NCBI RefSeq assembly: GCF_964204645.1
Contig: NC_134025.1
Span: forward strand, 15,785,101 to 15,849,100
Direction of reading: 5' to 3'
DNA length: 64,000 nt
DNA from: Tubulanus polymorphus
Lineage: Eukaryota > Animalia > Nemertea
The notes under the pieces are model-generated. The model searched no databases. It worked only from the letters and a program-made list of their open reading frames with translations, and was not told the DNA's origin. Position 1 is the stretch's first letter; each line of letters begins with the position of its first letter. Of this stretch, positions 1 to 15,000 are shown piece by piece. Both the position numbers and the translations under genes were made by a program.

Positions 1-3000
1 AAACGTTGTTTTCGGGCCGAAATGTGCTTTTCCAGTCGATTTGAGCGCTTTTGCGCATCGACTTTTTCATTGTTCCGATAAAACGAAAAGTCGACGAGCA
101 AATGTCTTTTCTCGCGCTAAACGACGTTTTCGGGCCGAAATGTGCTCTTTCCGTCAATTTGAGCGCTTCTGCGTATCGACAATTTTATTTTTCCGATAAA
201 ACGAAATATCGACGACCAAACGTCTTTTCTCGCGCTGAACGACGCTTTCGGGCCGAAAGGTGCTTTTCCTGTCGATTTGAGTGATTTTGAATGTCGACTT
301 TTTCATTTTTTCGATGGAACCAATAATCGACGAGCAAACGTCTTTTCTCGCGCTGAACGACGCTTTCGGGCCGAAATGTGCTTTTCTTGTCGATTTGAGT
401 GATTTTGAATATCGACTTTTTCATCTTTTCGATGGAACCAATAATCGACGAGCAAACGTCTTCTCTCGCGCTAAACGACGTTTTTCGGGCCGAAATGTGC
501 TTTTCCCGTCGATTTGAGCGCTTTTGCGCATCGACATTTACATTTTTCCGATAAAACGAAAAGTCGACGAGCAAACGTCTTTTCTCGCGCTTAACGACGT
601 TTTCGGGCCGAAATGTGCTTTTCCCGTCGATTTGAGCGCTTTTGCGCTTCGACATTTACATTTTTCCGATAAAACGAAAAGTCGACGAGCAAACGTCTTT
701 TCTCGCGCTTAACGACGTTTTCGGGCCGAAATGTGCTTTTCCCGTCGATTTGAGCGCTTTTGCGCTTCGACATTTACATTTTTCCGATAAAACGAAAAGT
801 CGACGAGCAAACGTCTTTTCTCGCGCATAACGACGCTTTCGGGCCGAAATGTGCTTTTCCCGTTGATTTGAGTGATTTTGAATATCGACTTTTTCATTTT
901 TTCGATGGAACCAATAATCGACGAGCAAATGTCTTATCTCGCGCTAAACGAAGTTTTCGGGACGAAATGTGCTTTTCCCGTCGATTTGAGCGCTTTTGCG
1001 CATCGACATTTACATTTTTCCGATAAAACGAAAAGTCGACGAGCAAACGTCTTTTCTCGCGCCTAACGACGTTTTCGGGTCGAAATGTGCTTTTCCCGTC
1101 GATTTGAGTGATTTTGCGCTTCGACATTTACATTTTTCCGATAAAACGAAAAGTCGACGAGCAAACGTCTTTTCTCGCGCTAAACGACGTTTTCGGGCCG
1201 AAATGTGCTTTTCCCGTCGATTTGAGCGCTTTTGCGCATCGACATTTACATTTTTCCGATAAAACGAAAAGTCGACGAGCAAACGTCTTTTCTCTCTCTG
1301 AACGACGCTTTCGGGCCGAAATGTGCTTTTCTCGTCGATTTGAGCGCTTTTGCGCATCGACATTAACATTTTTCCAATAAAACGAATTATCGACGACCAA
1401 ACGTCTTTTCTCGCGCTGAACGACGCTTTCGGGCCGAAATCTGCTTTTCCTGTCGATTTGAGTGATTTTGAATATCGACTTTTTCATTTTTTCGATGGAA
1501 CCAATAATCGACGAGCAAAACGTCTTTTCTCGCGCTAAACGACGTTTTCGGGCCGAAATGTGCTTTTCCCGTCGATTTGAGCGCTTTTGCGCATCGACAT
1601 TTGCATTTTTGCGATAAAACGAAAAGTCGACGAGCAAACGTCTTTTCTCGCGCTTAACGACGTTTTCGGGCTGAAATGTGCTTTTCCCGTCGATTTGAGC
1701 GCTTTTACGCTTCGACATTTAGATTTTTCCGATCAAACGAAAAGTCGACGAGCAAACGTCTTTTCTCGCGCTTAACGACGTTTTCGGGCTGAAATGTGCT
1801 TTTCCTGTCGATTTGAGTGATTTTGAATATCGACAATTACATTTTTCCGATAAAACGAATTATCGACGACCAAATGTCTTTTCTCGCGCTAAACGACGTT
1901 TTCTGGCCGAAATGTGCTTTTTCCGTCAATTTGAGCGCTTCTGCGTATCGACAATTTTATTTTTCCGATAAAACGAAATATCGACGACCAAACGTCTTTT
2001 CTCGCGCTGAACGACGCTTTCGGGCCGAAAGGTGCTTTTCCTGTCGATTTGAGTGATTTTGAATGTCGACTTTTTCATTTTTTCGATGGAACCAATAATC
2101 GACGAGCAAACGTCTTTTCTCGCGCTGAACGACGCTTTCGGGCCGAAATGTCCTTTTCTTGTCGATTTGAGTGATTTTGAATATCGACTTTTTCATCTTT
2201 TCGATGGAACCAATAATCGACGAGCAAACGTCTTCTCTCGCGCTAAACGACGTTTTCGGGCCGAAATGTGCTTTTCCCGTCGATTTGAGCGCTTTTGCGC
2301 ATCGACATTTACATTTTTCCGATAAAACGAAAAGTCGACGAGCAAACGTCTTTTCTCGCGCTTAACGACGTTTTCGGGCCGAAATGTGCTTTTCCCGTCG
2401 ATTTGAGCGCTTTTGCGCTTCGACATTTACATTTTTCCGATAAAACGAAAAGTCGACGAGCAAACGTCTTTTCTCGCGCTTAACGACGCTTTCGGGCCGA
2501 AATGTGCTTTTCCCGTTGATTTGAGTGATTTTGAATATCGACTTTTTCATTTTTTCGATGGAACCAATAATCGACGAGCAAATGTCTTATCTCGCGCTAA
2601 ACGAAGTTTTCGGGACGAAATGTGCTTTTCCCGTCGATTTGAGCGCTTTTGCGCATCGACATTTACATTTTTCCGATAAAACGAAAAGTCGACGAGCAAA
2701 CGTCTTTTCTCGCGCTTAACGACGTTTTCGGGTCGAAATGTGCTTTTCCCGTCGATTTGAGTGATTTTGCGCTTCGACATTTACATTTCTCCGATAAAAC
2801 GAAAAGTCGACGAGCAAACGTGTTTTCTCGCGCTAAACGACGTTTTCGGGCCGAAATGTGCTTTTCCCGTCGATTTGAGCGCTTTTGCGCATCGACATTT
2901 ACATTTTTCCGATAAAACGAAAAGTCGACGAGCAAACGTCTTTTCTCTCTCTGAACGACGCTTTCGGGCCGAAATGTGCTTTTCTCGTCGATTTGAGCGC

Positions 3001-6000
3001 TTTTGCGCATCTACATTTACATTTTTCCAATAAAACGAATTATCGACGACCAAACGTCTTTTCTCGCGCTGAACGACGCTTTCGGGCCGAAATCTGCTTT
3101 TCCTGTCGATTTGAGTGATTTTGAATATCGACTTTTTCATTTTTTCGATGGAACCAATAATCGACGAGCAAAACGTCTTTTCTCGCGCTAAACGACGTTT
3201 TCGGGCCGAAATGTGCTTTTCCCGTCGATTTGAGCGCTTTTGCGCATCGACATTTGCATTTTTGCGAAAAAACGAAAAGTCGACGAGCAAACGTCTTTTC
3301 TCGCGCTTAACGACGTTTTCGGGCTGAAATGTGCTTTTCACGTCGATTTGAGCGCTTTTACGCTTCGACATTTAGATTTTTCCGATCAAACGAAAAGTCG
3401 ACAAGCAAACGTCTTTTCTCGCGCTTAACGACGTTTTCGGGCTGAAATGTGCTTTTCCTGTCGATTTGAGTGATTTTGAATATCGACAATTACATTTTTC
3501 CGATAAAACGAATTATCGACGACCAAATGTCTTTTCTCGCGCTGAACGACGCTTTCGGGCCGAAATGTGCTTTTCCTGTCGATTTGAGTGATTTTGAATA
3601 TCGACTTTTTCATTTTTTCGATGAAACCAATAATCGACGAGCAAACGTCTTATCTCGCGCTAAACGAAGTTTTCGGGACGAAATGTGCTTTTCCTGTCGA
3701 TTTGAATGATTTTGAATATCGACTTTTTCATTTTTTCGATGGAATCAATAATCGACGAGCAAACGTCTTATCTCGCGCTAAACGAAGTTTTCGGGACGAA
3801 ATGTGCTTTTCCCCGTCGATTTGAGCGCTTTTGCGCATCGACATTTACATTTTTCCGATAAAACGAAAAGTCGACGAGCAAACGTCTTTTCTCTCTCTGA
3901 ACGACGCTTTCGGGCCGAAATGTGCTTTTCTCGTCGATTTGAGCGCTTTTGCGCATCGACATTTACATTTTTCCGATAAAACGAAAAGTCGACGAGCAAA
4001 CGTCTTTTCTCGCGCTTAACGACGTTTTCGGGCCGAAATGTGCTTTTCCCGTCGATTTGAGTGATTTTGAATATCGACTTTTTCATTTTTTCGATGGAAT
4101 CAATAATCGACGAGCAAACGTCTTATCTCGCGCTAAACGAAGTTTTCGGGACGAAATGTGCTTTTCCCGTCGATTTGAGCGCTCTTGCGCATCGACATTT
4201 ACATTTTTCCGATAAAACGAAAAGTCGACGAGCAAACGTCTTTTCTCTCTCTGAACGACGCTTTCGGGCCGAAATGTGCTTTTCTCGTCGATTTGAGCGC
4301 TTTTGCGCATCGACATTAACATTTTTCCAATAAAACGAATTATCGACGACCAAACGTCTTTTCTCGCGCTGAACGACGCTTTCGGGCCGAAATCTGCTTT
4401 TCCTGTCGATTTGAGTGATTTTGAATATCGACTTTTTCATTTTTTCGATGGAACCAATAATCGACGAGCAAAACGTCTTTTCTCGCGCTAAACGACGTTT
4501 TCGGGCCGAAATGTGCTTTTCCCGTCGATTTGAGCGCTTTTGCGCATCGACATTTGCATTTTTCCGATAAAACGAAAAGTCGACGAGCAAACGTCTTTTC
4601 TCGCGGTTAACGACGTTTTCGGGCTGAAATGTGCTTTTCCTGTCGATTTGAGTGATTTTGAATATCGACGATTACATTTTTCCGATAAAACGAATTATCG
4701 ACGACCAAATGTCTTTTCTCGCGCTGAACGACGCTTTCGGTCCGAAATGTGCTTTTCCTGTCGATTTAAGTGATTTTGAATATCGACTTTTTCATTTTTT
4801 CGATGGAACCAATAATCGACCAGCAAACGTCTTTTCTCGCGCTGAACGACGCTTACGGGCCGAAATGTGCTTTTCCCGTCGATTTGAGCGCTTTTGCGCT
4901 TCGACATTTTCGTTTTTCCGATAGGGGGAATATTTGATACGAAAACGTCTTTTCTCGCGCTGAACGACTTTTCCGGGTCGAAAAGTGCTTTTCCTGACGA
5001 TTTGAGCCCTTTTACGCATCGACATTTTCGTTTTTCCGATAGAGGGAATATTTGATAGGAAAACGTCTTTTCTCGAGCTTAACGACGTTTTCGGGTGGAA
5101 ATGTGCTTTTCCCGTCGATTTGAGTAATTTTGAATATCGACTTTTTCATTTTTTCGTTGGAATCAATAATCGACGAGCAAACGTCTTATCTCGCGCTAAA
5201 GGAAGTTTTCGGGACGAAATGTGCTTTTCCCGTCGATTTGAGCGTTTTGCGCATCGACATTTTTCCGATAAAACGAAAAGTCGACGACCAAACGTCTTTT
5301 CTCGCGCTAAACGATGTTTTCGGGCCGAAATGTGCTTTTCCCGTCGATTTGAGCGCTTTTGCGCATCGACTTTTTCATTTTTCCGATAAAACGAAAAGTC
5401 GACGAGCAAACGTCTTTTCTCGCGCTAAACGACGTTTTCGGGCAGAAATGTGCTTTTCCCGTCGATTTGAGCGCTTCTGCGTATCGACAATTTTATTTTT
5501 CCGATGAAACGAAATATCGACGACCAAACGTCTTTTCTCGCGCTGAACGACGCTTTCGGGCCGAAATGTGCTTTTCCAGTCGATTTGAGTGATTTTGAAT
5601 GTCGACTTTTTCATTTTTTCGATGGAACCAATAATCGACGAGCAAACGTCTTTTCTCGCGCTAAACGATGTTTTCGGGCCGAAATGTGCTTTTCCCGTCG
5701 ATTTGAGTGCTTTTGCGCTTCGACATTTACATTTTTCCGATAAAACGAAAAGTCGACGAGCAAACGTCTTTTCTCGCGCTTAACGACGTTTTCGGGCCGA
5801 AATGTGCTTTTCCCGTCGATTTGAGCGCTTTTGCGCTTCGACATTTACATTTTTCCGATAAAACGAAAAGTCGACGAGCAAACGTCTTTTCTCGCGCTTA
5901 ACGACGCTTTCGGGCCGAAATGTGCTTTTCCCGTTGATTTGAGTGATTTTGAATATCGACATTTTCATTTTTTCGATGGAACCAATAATCGACGAGCAAA

Positions 6001-9000
6001 TGTCTTATCTCGCGCTAAACGAAGTTTTCGGGACGAAATGTGCTTTTCCCGTCGATTTGAGCGCTTTTGCGCATCGACATTTACATTTTTCCGATAAAAC
6101 GAAAAGTCGACGAGCAAACGTCTTTTCTCGCGCTTAACGACGTTTTCGGGTCGAAATGTGCTTTTCCCGTCGATTTGAGTGATTTTGAATATCGACTTTT
6201 TCATTTTTTCGATGGAACCAATAATCGACGAGTAAACGTCTTTTCTCGCGCTAAACGACGTTTTCGGGCCGAAATGTGCTTTTCCCGTCGATTTGAGCGC
6301 TTTTGCGTATCGATAATTTACACTTTTCCGATAAAACGAAAAGTCGACGAGCAAACGTCTTTTCTCGCGCTTAACGACGTTTTCGGGCTGAAATGTGCTT
6401 TTCCCGTCGATTTGAGCGCTTTTACGCTTCGACATTTAGATTTTTCCGATCAAACGAAAAGTCGACGAGCAAACGTCTTTTCTCGCGCTTAACGACGTTT
6501 TCGGGCTGAAATGTGCTTTTCCTGTCGATTTGAGTGATTTTGAATATCGACTTTTTCATTTTTTCGGTGGAACCAATAATCGACCAGCAAACGTCTTTTC
6601 TCGCGCTGAACGACGCTTACGGGCCGAAATGTGCTTTTCCCGTCGATTTGAGTGATTTTGAATATCGACTTTTTCATTTTTTCGATGGAACCAATAATCG
6701 ACGAGCAAACGTCTTATCTCGCGCTAAACGAAGTTTTCGGGACGAAATGTGCTTTTCCCGTCGATTTGAGCGCTTTTGCGCATCGACATTTACATTTCTC
6801 CGATAAAACGAAAAGTCGACGAGCAAACGTCTTTTCTCTCTCTGAACGACGCTTTCGGGCCGAAATGTGCTTTTCTCGTCGATTTGAGCGCTTTTGCGCA
6901 TCGACATTAACATTTTTCCAATAAAACGAATTATCGACGACCAAACGTCTTTTCTCGCGCTGAACGACGCTTTCGGGCCGAAATCTGCTTTTCCTGTCGA
7001 TTTGAGTGATTTTGAATATCGACTTTTTCATTTTTTCGATGGAACCAATAATCGACGAGCAAACGTCTTATCTCGCGCTAAACGAAGTTTTCGGGACGAA
7101 ATGTGCTTTTCCCGTCGATTTGAGCGCTTTTGCGCATCTACATTTACATTTTTCCGATAAAACGAAAAGTCGACGAGCAAACGTCTTTTCTCGCGATTAA
7201 CGACGTTTTCGGGCCGAAATGTGCTTTTCCCGTCGATTTGAGTGATTTTGAATATCGACATTAACATTTTTCCAATAAAACGAATTATCGACGACCAAAC
7301 GTCTTTTCTCGCGCTGAACGACGCTTTCGGGCCGAAATCTGCTTCTCCTGTCGATTTGAGTGATTTTGAATATCGACTTTTTCATTTTTTCGATGGAACC
7401 AATAATCGACGAGCAAACGTCTTATCTCGCGCTAAACGAAGTTTTCGGGACGAAATGTGCTTTTCCCGTCGATTTGAGCGCTTTTGCGCATCTACATTTA
7501 CATTTTTCCGATAAAACGAAAAGTCGACGAGCAAACGTCTTTTCTCGCGATTAACGACGTTTTCGGGCCGAAATGTGCTTTTCCCGTCGATTTGAGTGAT
7601 TTTGAATATCGACTTTTTCATTTTTTCGATGGAATCAATAATCGACGAGCAAACGTCTTATCTCGCGCTAAACGAAGTTTTCGGGACGAAATGTGCTTTT
7701 CCCCGTCGATTTGAGCGCTTTTGCGCATCGACATTTACATTTTTCCGATAAAACGAAAAGTCGACGAGCAAACGTCTTTTCTCTTTCTGAACGACGCTTT
7801 CGGGCCGAAATGTGCTTTTCTCGTCGATTTGAGCGCTTTTGCGCATCGACATTTACATTTTTCCGATAAAACGAAAAGTCGACGAGCAAACGTCTTTTCT
7901 CGCGCTTAACGACGTTTTCGGGCCGAAATGTGCTTTTCCCGTCGATTTGAGCGCTTTTGCGCTTAGACATTTACATTTTTCCGATAAAACGAAAAGTCGA
8001 CGAGCAAACGTCTTTTCTCGCGCTTAACGACGTTTTCGGGCCGAAATGTGCTTTTCCCGTCGATTTGAGTGATTTTGAATATCGACTTTTTCATTTTTTC
8101 GATGGAATCAATAATCGACGAGCAAACGTCTTATCTCGCGCTAAACGAAGTTTTCGGGACGAAATGTGCTTTTCCCGTCAATTTGAGCGCTCTTGCGCAT
8201 CGACATTTACATTTTTCCGATAAAACGAAAAGTCGACGAGCAAACGTCTTTTCTCTCTCTGAACGACGCTTTCGGGCCGAAATGTGCTTTTCTCGTCGAT
8301 TTGAGCGCTTTTGCGCATCGACATTAACATTTTTCCAATAAAACGAATTATCGACGACCAAACGTCTTTTCTCGCGCTGAACGACGCTTTCGGGCCGAAA
8401 TCTGCTTTTCCTGTCGATTTGAGTGATTTTGAATATCGACTTTTTCATTTTTTCGATGGAACCAATAATCGACGAGCAAAACGTCTTTTCTCGCGCTAAA
8501 CGACGTTTTCGGGCCGAAATGTGCTTTTCCCGTCGATTTGAGCGCTTTTGCGCATCGACATTTGCATTTTTCCGATAAAACGAAAAGTCGACGAGCAAAC
8601 GTCTTTTCTCGCGCTTAACGACGTTTTCGGGCTGAAATGTGCTTTTCCCGTCGATTTGAGCGCTTTTACGCTTCGACATTTAGATTTTTCCGATCAAACG
8701 AAAAGTCGACGAGCAAACGTCTTTTCTCGCGCTTAACGACGTTTTCGGGCTGAAATGTGCTTTTCCTGTCGATTTGAGTGATTTTGAATATCGACAATTA
8801 CATTTTTCCGATAAAACGAATTATCGACGACCAAATGTCTTTTCTCGCGCTGAACGACGCTTTCGGGCCGAAATGTGCTTTTCCTGTCGATTTGAGTGAT
8901 TTTGAATATCGACTTTTTCATTTTTTCGGTGGAACCAATAATCGACCAGCAAACGTCTTTTCTCGCGCTGAACGACGCTTACGGGCCGAAATGTGCTTTT

Positions 9001-12000
9001 CCTGTCGATTTGAGTGATTTTGAATATCGACTTTTTCATTTTTTCGATGGAACCAATAATCGACGACCAAACGTCTTATCTCGCGCTAAACGAAGTTTTC
9101 GGGACGAAATGTGCTTTTCCCGTCGATTTGAGTGCTTTTGCGCATCTACATTTACATTTTTCCGATAAAACGAAAAGTCGACGAGCAAACGTCTTTTCTC
9201 GCGCTTAACGACGTTTTCGGGCCGAAATGTGCTTTTCCCGTCGATTTGAGTGATTTTGAATATCGACTTTTTCATTTTTTCGATGGAATCAATAATCGAC
9301 GAGCAAACGTCTTATCTCGCGCTAAACGAAGTTTTCGGGACGAAATGTGCTTTTCCCGTCGATTTGAGCGCTTTTGCGCATCGACATTTACATTTTTCCG
9401 ATAAAACGAAAAGTCGACGAGCAAACGTCTTTTCTCTCTCTGAACGACGCTTTCGGGCCGAAATGTGCTTTCCTCGTCGATTTGAGCGCTTTTGCGCATC
9501 GACATTAACATTTTTCCAATAAAACGAATTATCGACGACCAAACGTCTTTTCTCGCGCTGAACGACGCTTTCGGGCCGAAATCTGCTTTTCCTGTCGATT
9601 TGAGTGATTTTGAATATCGACTTTTTCATTTTTTCGATGGAACCAATAATCGACGAGCAAACGTCTTATCTCGCGCTAAACGAAGTTTTCGGGACGAAAT
9701 GTGCTTTTCCCGTCGATTTGAGCGCTTTTGCGCATCTACATTTACATTTTTCCGATAAAACGAAAAGTCGACGAGCAAACGTCTTTTCTCGCGATTAACG
9801 ACGTTTTCGGGCCGAAATGTGCTTTTCCCGTCGATTTGAATGATTTTGAATATCGACTTTTTCATTTTTTCGATGGAATCAATAATCGACGAGCAAACGT
9901 CTTATCTCGCGCTAAACGAAGTTTTCGGGACGAAATGTGCTTTTCCCCGTCGATTTGAGCGCTTTTGCGCATCGACATTTACATTTTTCCGATAAAACGA
10001 AAAGTCGACGAGCAAACGTCTTTTCTCTCTCTGAACGACGCTTTCGGGCCGAAATGTGCTTTTCTCGTCGATTTGAGCGCTTTTGCGCATCGACATTTAC
10101 ATTTTTCCGATAAAACGAAAAGTCGACGAGCAAACGTCTTTTCTCGCGCTTAACGACGTTTTCGGGCCGAAATGTGCTTTTCCCGTCGATTTGAGCGCTT
10201 TTGCGCTTCGACATTTACATTTTTCCGATAAAACGAAAAGTCGACGAGCAAACGTCTTTTCTCGCGCTTAACGACGTTTTCGGGCCGAAATGTGCTTTTC
10301 CCGTCGATTTGAGTGATTTTGAATATCGACTTTTTCATTTTTTCGATGGAATCAATAATCGACGAGCAAACGTCTTATCTCGCGCTAAACGAAGTTTTCG
10401 GGACGAAATGTGCTTTTCCCGTCGATTTGAGCGCTCTTGCGCATCGACATTTACATTTTTCCGATAAAACGAAAAGTCGACGAGCAAACGTCTTTTCTCT
10501 CTCTGAACGACGCTTTCGGGCCGAAATGTGCTTTTCTCGTCGATTTGAGCGCTTTTGCGCATCGACATTAACATTTTTCCAATAAAACGAATTATCGACG
10601 ACCAAACGTCTTTTCTCGCGCTGGACGGCGCTTTCGGGCCGAAATCTGCTTTTCCTGTCGATTTGAGTGATTTTGAATATCGACTTTTTCATTTTTTCGA
10701 TGGAACCAATAATCGACGAGCAAAACGTCTTTTCTCGCGCTAAACGACGTTTTCGGGCCGAAATGTGCTTTTCCCGTCGATTTGAGCGCTTTTGCGCATC
10801 GACATTTGCATTTTTCCGATAAAACGAAAAGTCGACGAGCAAACGTCTTTTCTCGCGCTTAACGACGTTTTCGGGCTGAAATGTGCTTTTCCTGTCGATT
10901 TGAGTGATTTTGAATATCGACAATTACATTTTTCCGATAAAACGAATTATCGACGAGCAAATGTCTTTTCTCGCGCTGAACGACGCTTTCGGTCCGAAAT
11001 GTGCTTTTCCTGTCGATTTGAGTGATTTTGAATATCGACTTTTTCATTTTTTCGATGGAACCAATAATCGACCAGCAAACGTCTTTTCTCGCGCTGAACG
11101 ACGCTTACGGGCCGAAATGTGCTTTTCCCGTCGATTTGAGCGCTTTTGCGCTTCGACATTTTCGTTTTTCCGATAGGGGGAATATTTGATACGAAAACGT
11201 CTTTTCTCGCGCTGAACGACTTTTCCGGGTCGAAAAGTGCTTTTCCTGACGATTTGAGCCCTTTTACGCATCGACATTTTCGTTTTTCCGATAGAGGGAA
11301 TATTTGATAGGAAAACGTCTTTTCTCGAGCTTAACGACGTTTTCGGGTGGAAATGTGCTTTTCCCGTCGATTTGAGTAATTTTGAATATCGACTTTTTCA
11401 TTTTTTCGTTGGAATCAATAATCGACGAGCAAACGTCTTATCTCGCGCTAAAGGAAGTTTTCGGGACGAAATGTGCTTTTCCCGTCGATTTGAGCGTTTT
11501 GCGCATCGACATTTTTCCGATAAAACGAAAAGTCGACGACCAAACGTCTTTTCTCGCGCTAAACGATGTTTTCGGGCCGAAATGTGCTTTTCCCGTCGAT
11601 TTGAGCGCTTTTGCGCATCGACTTTTTCATTTTTCCGATAAAACGAAAAGTCGACGAGCAAACGTCTTTTCTCGCGCTAAACGACGTTTTCGGGCAGAAA
11701 TGTGCTTTTCCCGTCGATTTGAGCGCTTCTGCGTATCGACAATTTTATTTTTCCGATGAAACGAAATATCGACGACCAAACGTCTTTTCTCGCGCTGAAC
11801 GACGCTTTCGGGCCGAAATGTGCTTTTCCAGTCGATTTGAGTGATTTTGAATGTCGACTTTTTCATTTTTTCGATGGAACCAATAATCGACGAGCAAACG
11901 TCTTTTCTCGCGCTAAACGATGTTTTCGGGCCGAAATGTGCTTTTCCCGTCGATTTGAGTGCTTTTGCGCTTCGACATTTACATTTTTCCGATAAAACGA

Positions 12001-15000
12001 AAAGTCGACGAGCAAACGTCTTTTCTCGCGCTTAACGACGTTTTCGGGCCGAAATGTGCTTTTCCCGTCGATTTGAGCGCTTTTGCGCTTCGACATTTAC
12101 ATTTTTCCGATAAAACGAAAAGTCGACGAGCAAACGTCTTTTCTCGCGCTTAACGACGCTTTCGGGCCGAAATGTGCTTTTCCCGTTGATTTGAGTGATT
12201 TTGAATATCGACATTTTCATTTTTTCGATGGAACCAATAATCGACGAGCAAATGTCTTATCTCGCGCTAAACGAAGTTTTCGGGACGAAATGTGCTTTTC
12301 CCGTCGATTTGAGCGCTTTTGCGCATCGACATTTACATTTTTCCGATAAAACGAAAAGTCGACGAGCAAACGTCTTTTCTCGCGCTTAACGACGTTTTCG
12401 GGTCGAAATGTGCTTTTCCCGTCGATTTGAGTGATTTTGAATATCGACTTTTTCATTTTTTCGATGGAACCAATAATCGACGAGTAAACGTCTTTTCTCG
12501 CGCTAAACGACGTTTTCGGGCCGAAATGTGCTTTTCCCGTCGATTTGAGCGCTTTTGCGTATCGATAATTTACACTTTTCCGATAAAACGAAAAGTCGAC
12601 GAGCAAACGTCTTTTCTCGCGCTTAACGACGTTTTCGGGCTGAAATGTGCTTTTCCCGTCGATTTGAGCGCTTTTACGCTTCGACATTTAGATTTTTCCG
12701 ATCAAACGAAAAGTCGACGAGCAAACGTCTTTTCTCGCGCTTAACGACGTTTTCGGGCTGAAATGTGCTTTTCCTGTCGATTTGAGTGATTTTGAATATC
12801 GACTTTTTCATTTTTTCGGTGGAACCAATAATCGACCAGCAAACGTCTTTTCTCGCGCTGAACGACGCTTACGGGCCGAAATGTGCTTTTCCCGTCGATT
12901 TGAGTGATTTTGAATATCGACTTTTTCATTTTTTCGATGGAACCAATAATCGACGAGCAAACGTCTTATCTCGCGCTAAACGAAGTTTTCGGGACGAAAT
13001 GTGCTTTTCCCGTCGATTTGAGCGCTTTTGCGCATCGACATTTACATTTCTCCGATAAAACGAAAAGTCGACGAGCAAACGTCTTTTCTCTCTCTGAACG
13101 ACGCTTTCGGGCCGAAATGTGCTTTTCTCGTCGATTTGAGCGCTTTTGCGCATCGACATTAACATTTTTCCAATAAAACGAATTATCGACGACCAAACGT
13201 CTTTTCTCGCGCTGAACGACGCTTTCGGGCCGAAATCTGCTTTTCCTGTCGATTTGAGTGATTTTGAATATCGACTTTTTCATTTTTTCGATGGAACCAA
13301 TAATCGACGAGCAAACGTCTTATCTCGCGCTAAACGAAGTTTTCGGGACGAAATGTGCTTTTCCCGTCGATTTGAGCGCTTTTGCGCATCTACATTTACA
13401 TTTTTCCGATAAAACGAAAAGTCGACGAGCAAACGTCTTTTCTCGCGATTAACGACGTTTTCGGGCCGAAATGTGCTTTTCCCGTCGATTTGAGTGATTT
13501 TGAATATCGACATTAACATTTTTCCAATAAAACGAATTATCGACGACCAAACGTCTTTTCTCGCGCTGAACGACGCTTTCGGGCCGAAATCTGCTTTTCC
13601 TGTCGATTTGAGTGATTTTGAATATCGACTTTTTCATTTTTTCGATGGAACCAATAATCGACGAGCAAACGTCTTATCTCGCGCTAAACGAAGTTTTCGG
13701 GACGAAATGTGCTTTTCCCGTCGATTTGAGCGCTTTTGCGCATCTACATTTACATTTTTCCGATAAAACGAAAAGTCGACGAGCAAACGTCTTTTCTCGC
13801 GATTAACGACGTTTTCGGGCCGAAATGTGCTTTTCCCGTCGATTTGAGTGATTTTGAATATCGACTTTTTCATTTTTTCGATGGAATCAATAATCGACGA
13901 GCAAACGTCTTATCTCGCGCTAAACGAAGTTTTCGGGACGAAATGTGCTTTTCCCCGTCGATTTGAGCGCTTTTGCGCATCGACATTTACATTTTTCCGA
14001 TAAAACGAAAAGTCGACGAGCAAACGTCTTTTCTCTTTCTGAACGACGCTTTCGGGCCGAAATGTGCTTTTCTCGTCGATTTGAGCGCTTTTGCGCATCG
14101 ACATTTACATTTTTCCGATAAAACGAAAAGTCGACGAGCAAACGTCTTTTCTCGCGCTTAACGACGTTTTCGGGCCGAAATGTGCTTTTCCCGTCGATTT
14201 GAGCGCTTTTGCGCTTAGACATTTACATTTTTCCGATAAAACGAAAAGTCGACGAGCAAACGTCTTTTCTCGCGCTTAACGACGTTTTCGGGCCGAAATG
14301 TGCTTTTCCCGTCGATTTGAGTGATTTTGAATATCGACTTTTTCATTTTTTCGATGGAATCAATAATCGACGAGCAAACGTCTTATCTCGCGCTAAACGA
14401 AGTTTTCGGGACGAAATGTGCTTTTCCCGTCAATTTGAGCGCTCTTGCGCATCGACATTTACATTTTTCCGATAAAACGAAAAGTCGACGAGCAAACGTC
14501 TTTTCTCTCTCTGAACGACGCTTTCGGGCCGAAATGTGCTTTTCTCGTCGATTTGAGCGCTTTTGCGCATCGACATTAACATTTTTCCAATAAAACGAAT
14601 TATCGACGACCAAACGTCTTTTCTCGCGCTGAACGACGCTTTCGGGCCGAAATCTGCTTTTCCTGTCGATTTGAGTGATTTTGAATATCGACTTTTTCAT
14701 TTTTTCGATGGAACCAATAATCGACCAGCAAACGTCTTTTCTCGCGCTGAACGACGCTTACGGGCCGAAATGTGCTTTTCCCGTCGATTTGAGCGCTTTT
14801 GCGCATCGACATTTGCATTTTTCCGATAAAACGAAAAGTCGACGAGCAAACGTCTTTTCTCGCGCTTAACGACGTTTTCGGGCTGAAATGTGCTTTTCCC
14901 GTCGATTTGAGCGCTTTTACGCTTCGACATTTAGATTTTTCCGATCAAACGAAAAGTCGACGAGCAAACGTCTTTTCTCGCGCTTAACGACGTTTTCGGG

